64,000 nucleotides of DNA from Pedobacter sp. Lineage in GTDB: Bacteria > Desulfobacterota > Desulfuromonadia > Desulfuromonadales > Syntrophotaleaceae. Numbering within the stretch: the first letter of the stretch is position 1; each line of letters starts with the position of its first letter. Positions 61,977 through 64,000 of the stretch are shown one piece after another. The notes below the pieces were generated by a model, which saw nothing but the letters and a program-made list of their open reading frames with translations, ran no database searches and had not been told where the DNA came from. The stretch is taken from contig JBFWJC010000001.1 in assembly GCA_050253415.1 (NCBI GenBank), positions 1,288,679 through 1,352,678 on the forward strand, read 5' to 3'. A program made the position numbers and the translations under genes.

Positions 61977-62930
61977 TCATGGCAGGCTGTCGACCAGCTT
62001 TTTGACTTCATTCACAGAGTGGTTGAGCAACTCCTGCTCTTCGGCAGTCAGGGCGAATTCAACGATTTTTTCAATCCCCCCCGCGCCAAGAATGCAGGGC
62101 ACGCCGACATAATAGCCGCTGATTCCGAACTGACCGCTTAACATGGCGCAGACCGGTAACAGTCGCTTCTGGTCATGGATAACCGCTTCAACCATGGCAA
62201 TGGCACTGGTGGCGGGGGATATAAAGGCGCTGCCGGTTTTGAGCAACTCCACCACTTCGCCCCCGGCGTCCTGCGTGCGTTCTACCAGGTCGGCCATAAC
62301 CTGGCGGGCTTTTTCCGCATCGCCATATTTATGTTCAAGCAGTTCCAGGGCAGGGATGCCGTTAACGTTGGCAAAACGTACGATAGGTACCATGGTATCA
62401 CCGTGCCCACCGAGTACCGGGGCATTCACGTCCCGTACGGACACTCCCAATTCCCAAGCAATAAAGGCCGCAAACCTCGCAGAGTCAAGCACGCCCGCCA
62501 TGCCGATTACCCGCGGGGTGGGAAACCCGGTCAATCTCTGACATAAGGTCACCATGGCATCCAGAGGATTGGAGAGAACGATAACGATCGATTCCGGTGC
62601 ATGGGTTTTGATCCCCTCGGCAACCGTGGTCATGATGCGGGCATTGATTTCAATAAGATCTTCTCGGGTCATACCGGGTTTGCGGGGCACCCCGGCGGTG
62701 ATAACCACGATATCGGCACCAGCGATACAGCTGATGTCGTTCGAGCCGGTAAGTTGCACATCAAACCCTGAAATGGACGCCGCCTGAGCGATATCCAGGC
62801 ATTTTCCTTGAGCCAACCCTTCTTTTATGTCGAACATGACCACATCGCCGAGTTCGCGCATGGCTGCAAGGTGGGCAATGGAGTTGCCGATCTGACCGCC
62901 TCCGATAAGAGCAATTTTAGGTTTGAGCAT
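61977..62930 (-). CDS. mdh: Malate dehydrogenase (LDH-like)
   Basis: [34 protein letters not shown]. Confidence 0.95.
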   Translation of the reverse strand: MLKPKIALIGGGQIGNSIAHLAAMRELGDVVMFDIKEGLAQGKCLDIAQAASISGFDVQLTGSNDISCIAGADIVVITAGVPRKPGMTREDLIEINARIMTTVAEGIKTHAPESIVIVLSNPLDAMVTLCQRLTGFPTPRVIGMAGVLDSARFAAFIAWELGVSVRDVNAPVLGGHGDTMVPIVRFANVNGIPALELLEHKYGDAEKARQVMADLVERTQDAGGEVVELLKTGSAFISPATSAIAMVEAVIHDQKRLLPVCAMLSGQFGISGYYVGVPCILGAGGIEKIVEFALTAEEQELLNHSVNEVKKLVDSLP

Positions 62931-62996
62931 ACTGCTTCCCTCCAGAAAAAGCCGGCGCGCCCGGAAGGATCGCGCGCCGGACCATGAAAAATTTAA

Positions 62997-64000
62997 TCAG
63001 GCTGTCATGTTGTTGATCAGGGCGCTACCGAATTCGGAACATTTAAGCAGGGTGGCACCCTCCATAAGACGCTCGAAATCATAGGTCACTTGCTTTTGGC
63101 CGATGGTTTTTTCCATGGCCTGGACAATCAGATTGGCGGCTTCTTTCCAACCCAGGTGTTCCAGCATCAAGACGCCGGACAGGATAACCGAGCCGGGGTT
63201 GACCTTGTCCAGGTTGGCGTACTTGGGTGCCGTACCGTGGGTCGCTTCGAAAATAGCGTGGCCGGTCTGGTAATTTATGTTGGCACCAGGGGCAATGCCG
63301 ATACCGCCTACTTGTGCCGCCAAGGCATCGGAGAGGTAATCTCCGTTCAGGTTCATGGTGGCAATGACATCAAATTCGCTGGCGCGGGTCAAAACCTGTT
63401 GCAAAGCAATGTCTGCAATAGCGTCTTTGACCATGACTTTGTTGCGCCACTGGCCTTGTCCGTGGCTCGGCAGCAAGGCATCGAGCGTGGCGGCGACCTC
63501 CTGACGAATTCCCAATTGCTGTTCCGGGGTCATCATGTCGTAGCCGGGGTCGATCATGCGGGCGATTTCTTCGTTGCCAAGTTGCGGATTGTCGTCTTTA
63601 TTGGCGAGAATCCAGCTCTCGCGGGCGGTGACAACGTCAGCCCGGAATTCCCTGGCGGCAAGCTCATAGCCCCATTGCTTAAAAGCCCCTTCAGTAAATT
63701 TCATGATGTTGCCTTTGTGCACCAGGGTTACCGAACGACGCTTGTGGTCGATGGCATACTGAATGGCGGCGCGAATCAGACGCTCGGTGCGAGGCCGGGA
63801 AATCGGCTTGATGCCGATACCGGTGGCTTCAGGAAAGGGTATTTTGTCGACGCCCATCTTCTGCTGCAAAAATTCGATAACCTGTTTGGCTTCGGCGCTG
63901 CCGGCTTTCCATTCGATTCCGGCATAGATGTCCTCGGTATTTTCGCGGAAAATAACGATATCGACATCCTCGGGTTTCTTGACCGGGGAGGGTACCCCCT
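62997..64000 (-). CDS. icd: Dimeric-type isocitrate dehydrogenase, 5' part outside the window
   Basis: [56 protein letters not shown]. Confidence 0.95.
   Translation of the reverse strand, partial: GVPSPVKKPEDVDIVIFRENTEDIYAGIEWKAGSAEAKQVIEFLQQKMGVDKIPFPEATGIGIKPISRPRTERLIRAAIQYAIDHKRRSVTLVHKGNIMKFTEGAFKQWGYELAAREFRADVVTARESWILANKDDNPQLGNEEIARMIDPGYDMMTPEQQLGIRQEVAATLDALLPSHGQGQWRNKVMVKDAIADIALQQVLTRASEFDVIATMNLNGDYLSDALAAQVGGIGIAPGANINYQTGHAIFEATHGTAPKYANLDKVNPGSVILSGVLMLEHLGWKEAANLIVQAMEKTIGQKQVTYDFERLMEGATLLKCSEFGSALINNMTA

Overview
This 64 kb window looks like the chromosome of a Desulfuromonadales-type deltaproteobacterium (Pelobacter/Syntrophotalea/Desulfuromonas-like). That placement is inferred from gene content and order, not from a search. 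Positions 1-14.2 kb are accessory DNA downstream of a minus-strand tRNA-Leu(CAA). They hold a B12-binding radical SAM gene, several decayed genes, an AsmA gene, a DMT permease/wHTH pair, an IS5 remnant, a two-component system and a ~990-aa trimeric autotransporter adhesin. The last three lie between two diverged ~150-bp att-like repeats. Positions 14.3-24.4 kb hold pabC/pabB, a PocR-PAS kinase with a LuxR regulator, a long ORF-free structured intergenic region, small genes, tRNA-Ala, an NCS2 permease, a cupin and CheW. From 24.7 kb on the window is mostly core: tRNA-Met, tilS-ftsH-folP-cdaA-cdaR-glmM-pdxJ-acpS-CBS-tsaE-lpdA, lysC-cimA-comEA, mscS, aguAB, DedA/PAP2, a Lon-like protease, glnK-amtB-porin, fbp, korDABC, an MFS permease, purE, nifJ, mdh and icd. 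The best novelty candidate is a ~400-nt putative sRNA (~19.48-19.89 kb) with three hairpins whose loops carry anti-Shine-Dalgarno CCUCCC motifs. It follows tandem LuxR/NarL-like boxes and is divergent from the PocR kinase/LuxR operon. A hairpin with the same loop motif occurs in the 3' UTR of the DMT operon. All calls come from reading the sequence and recalling family motifs; no database search was run.
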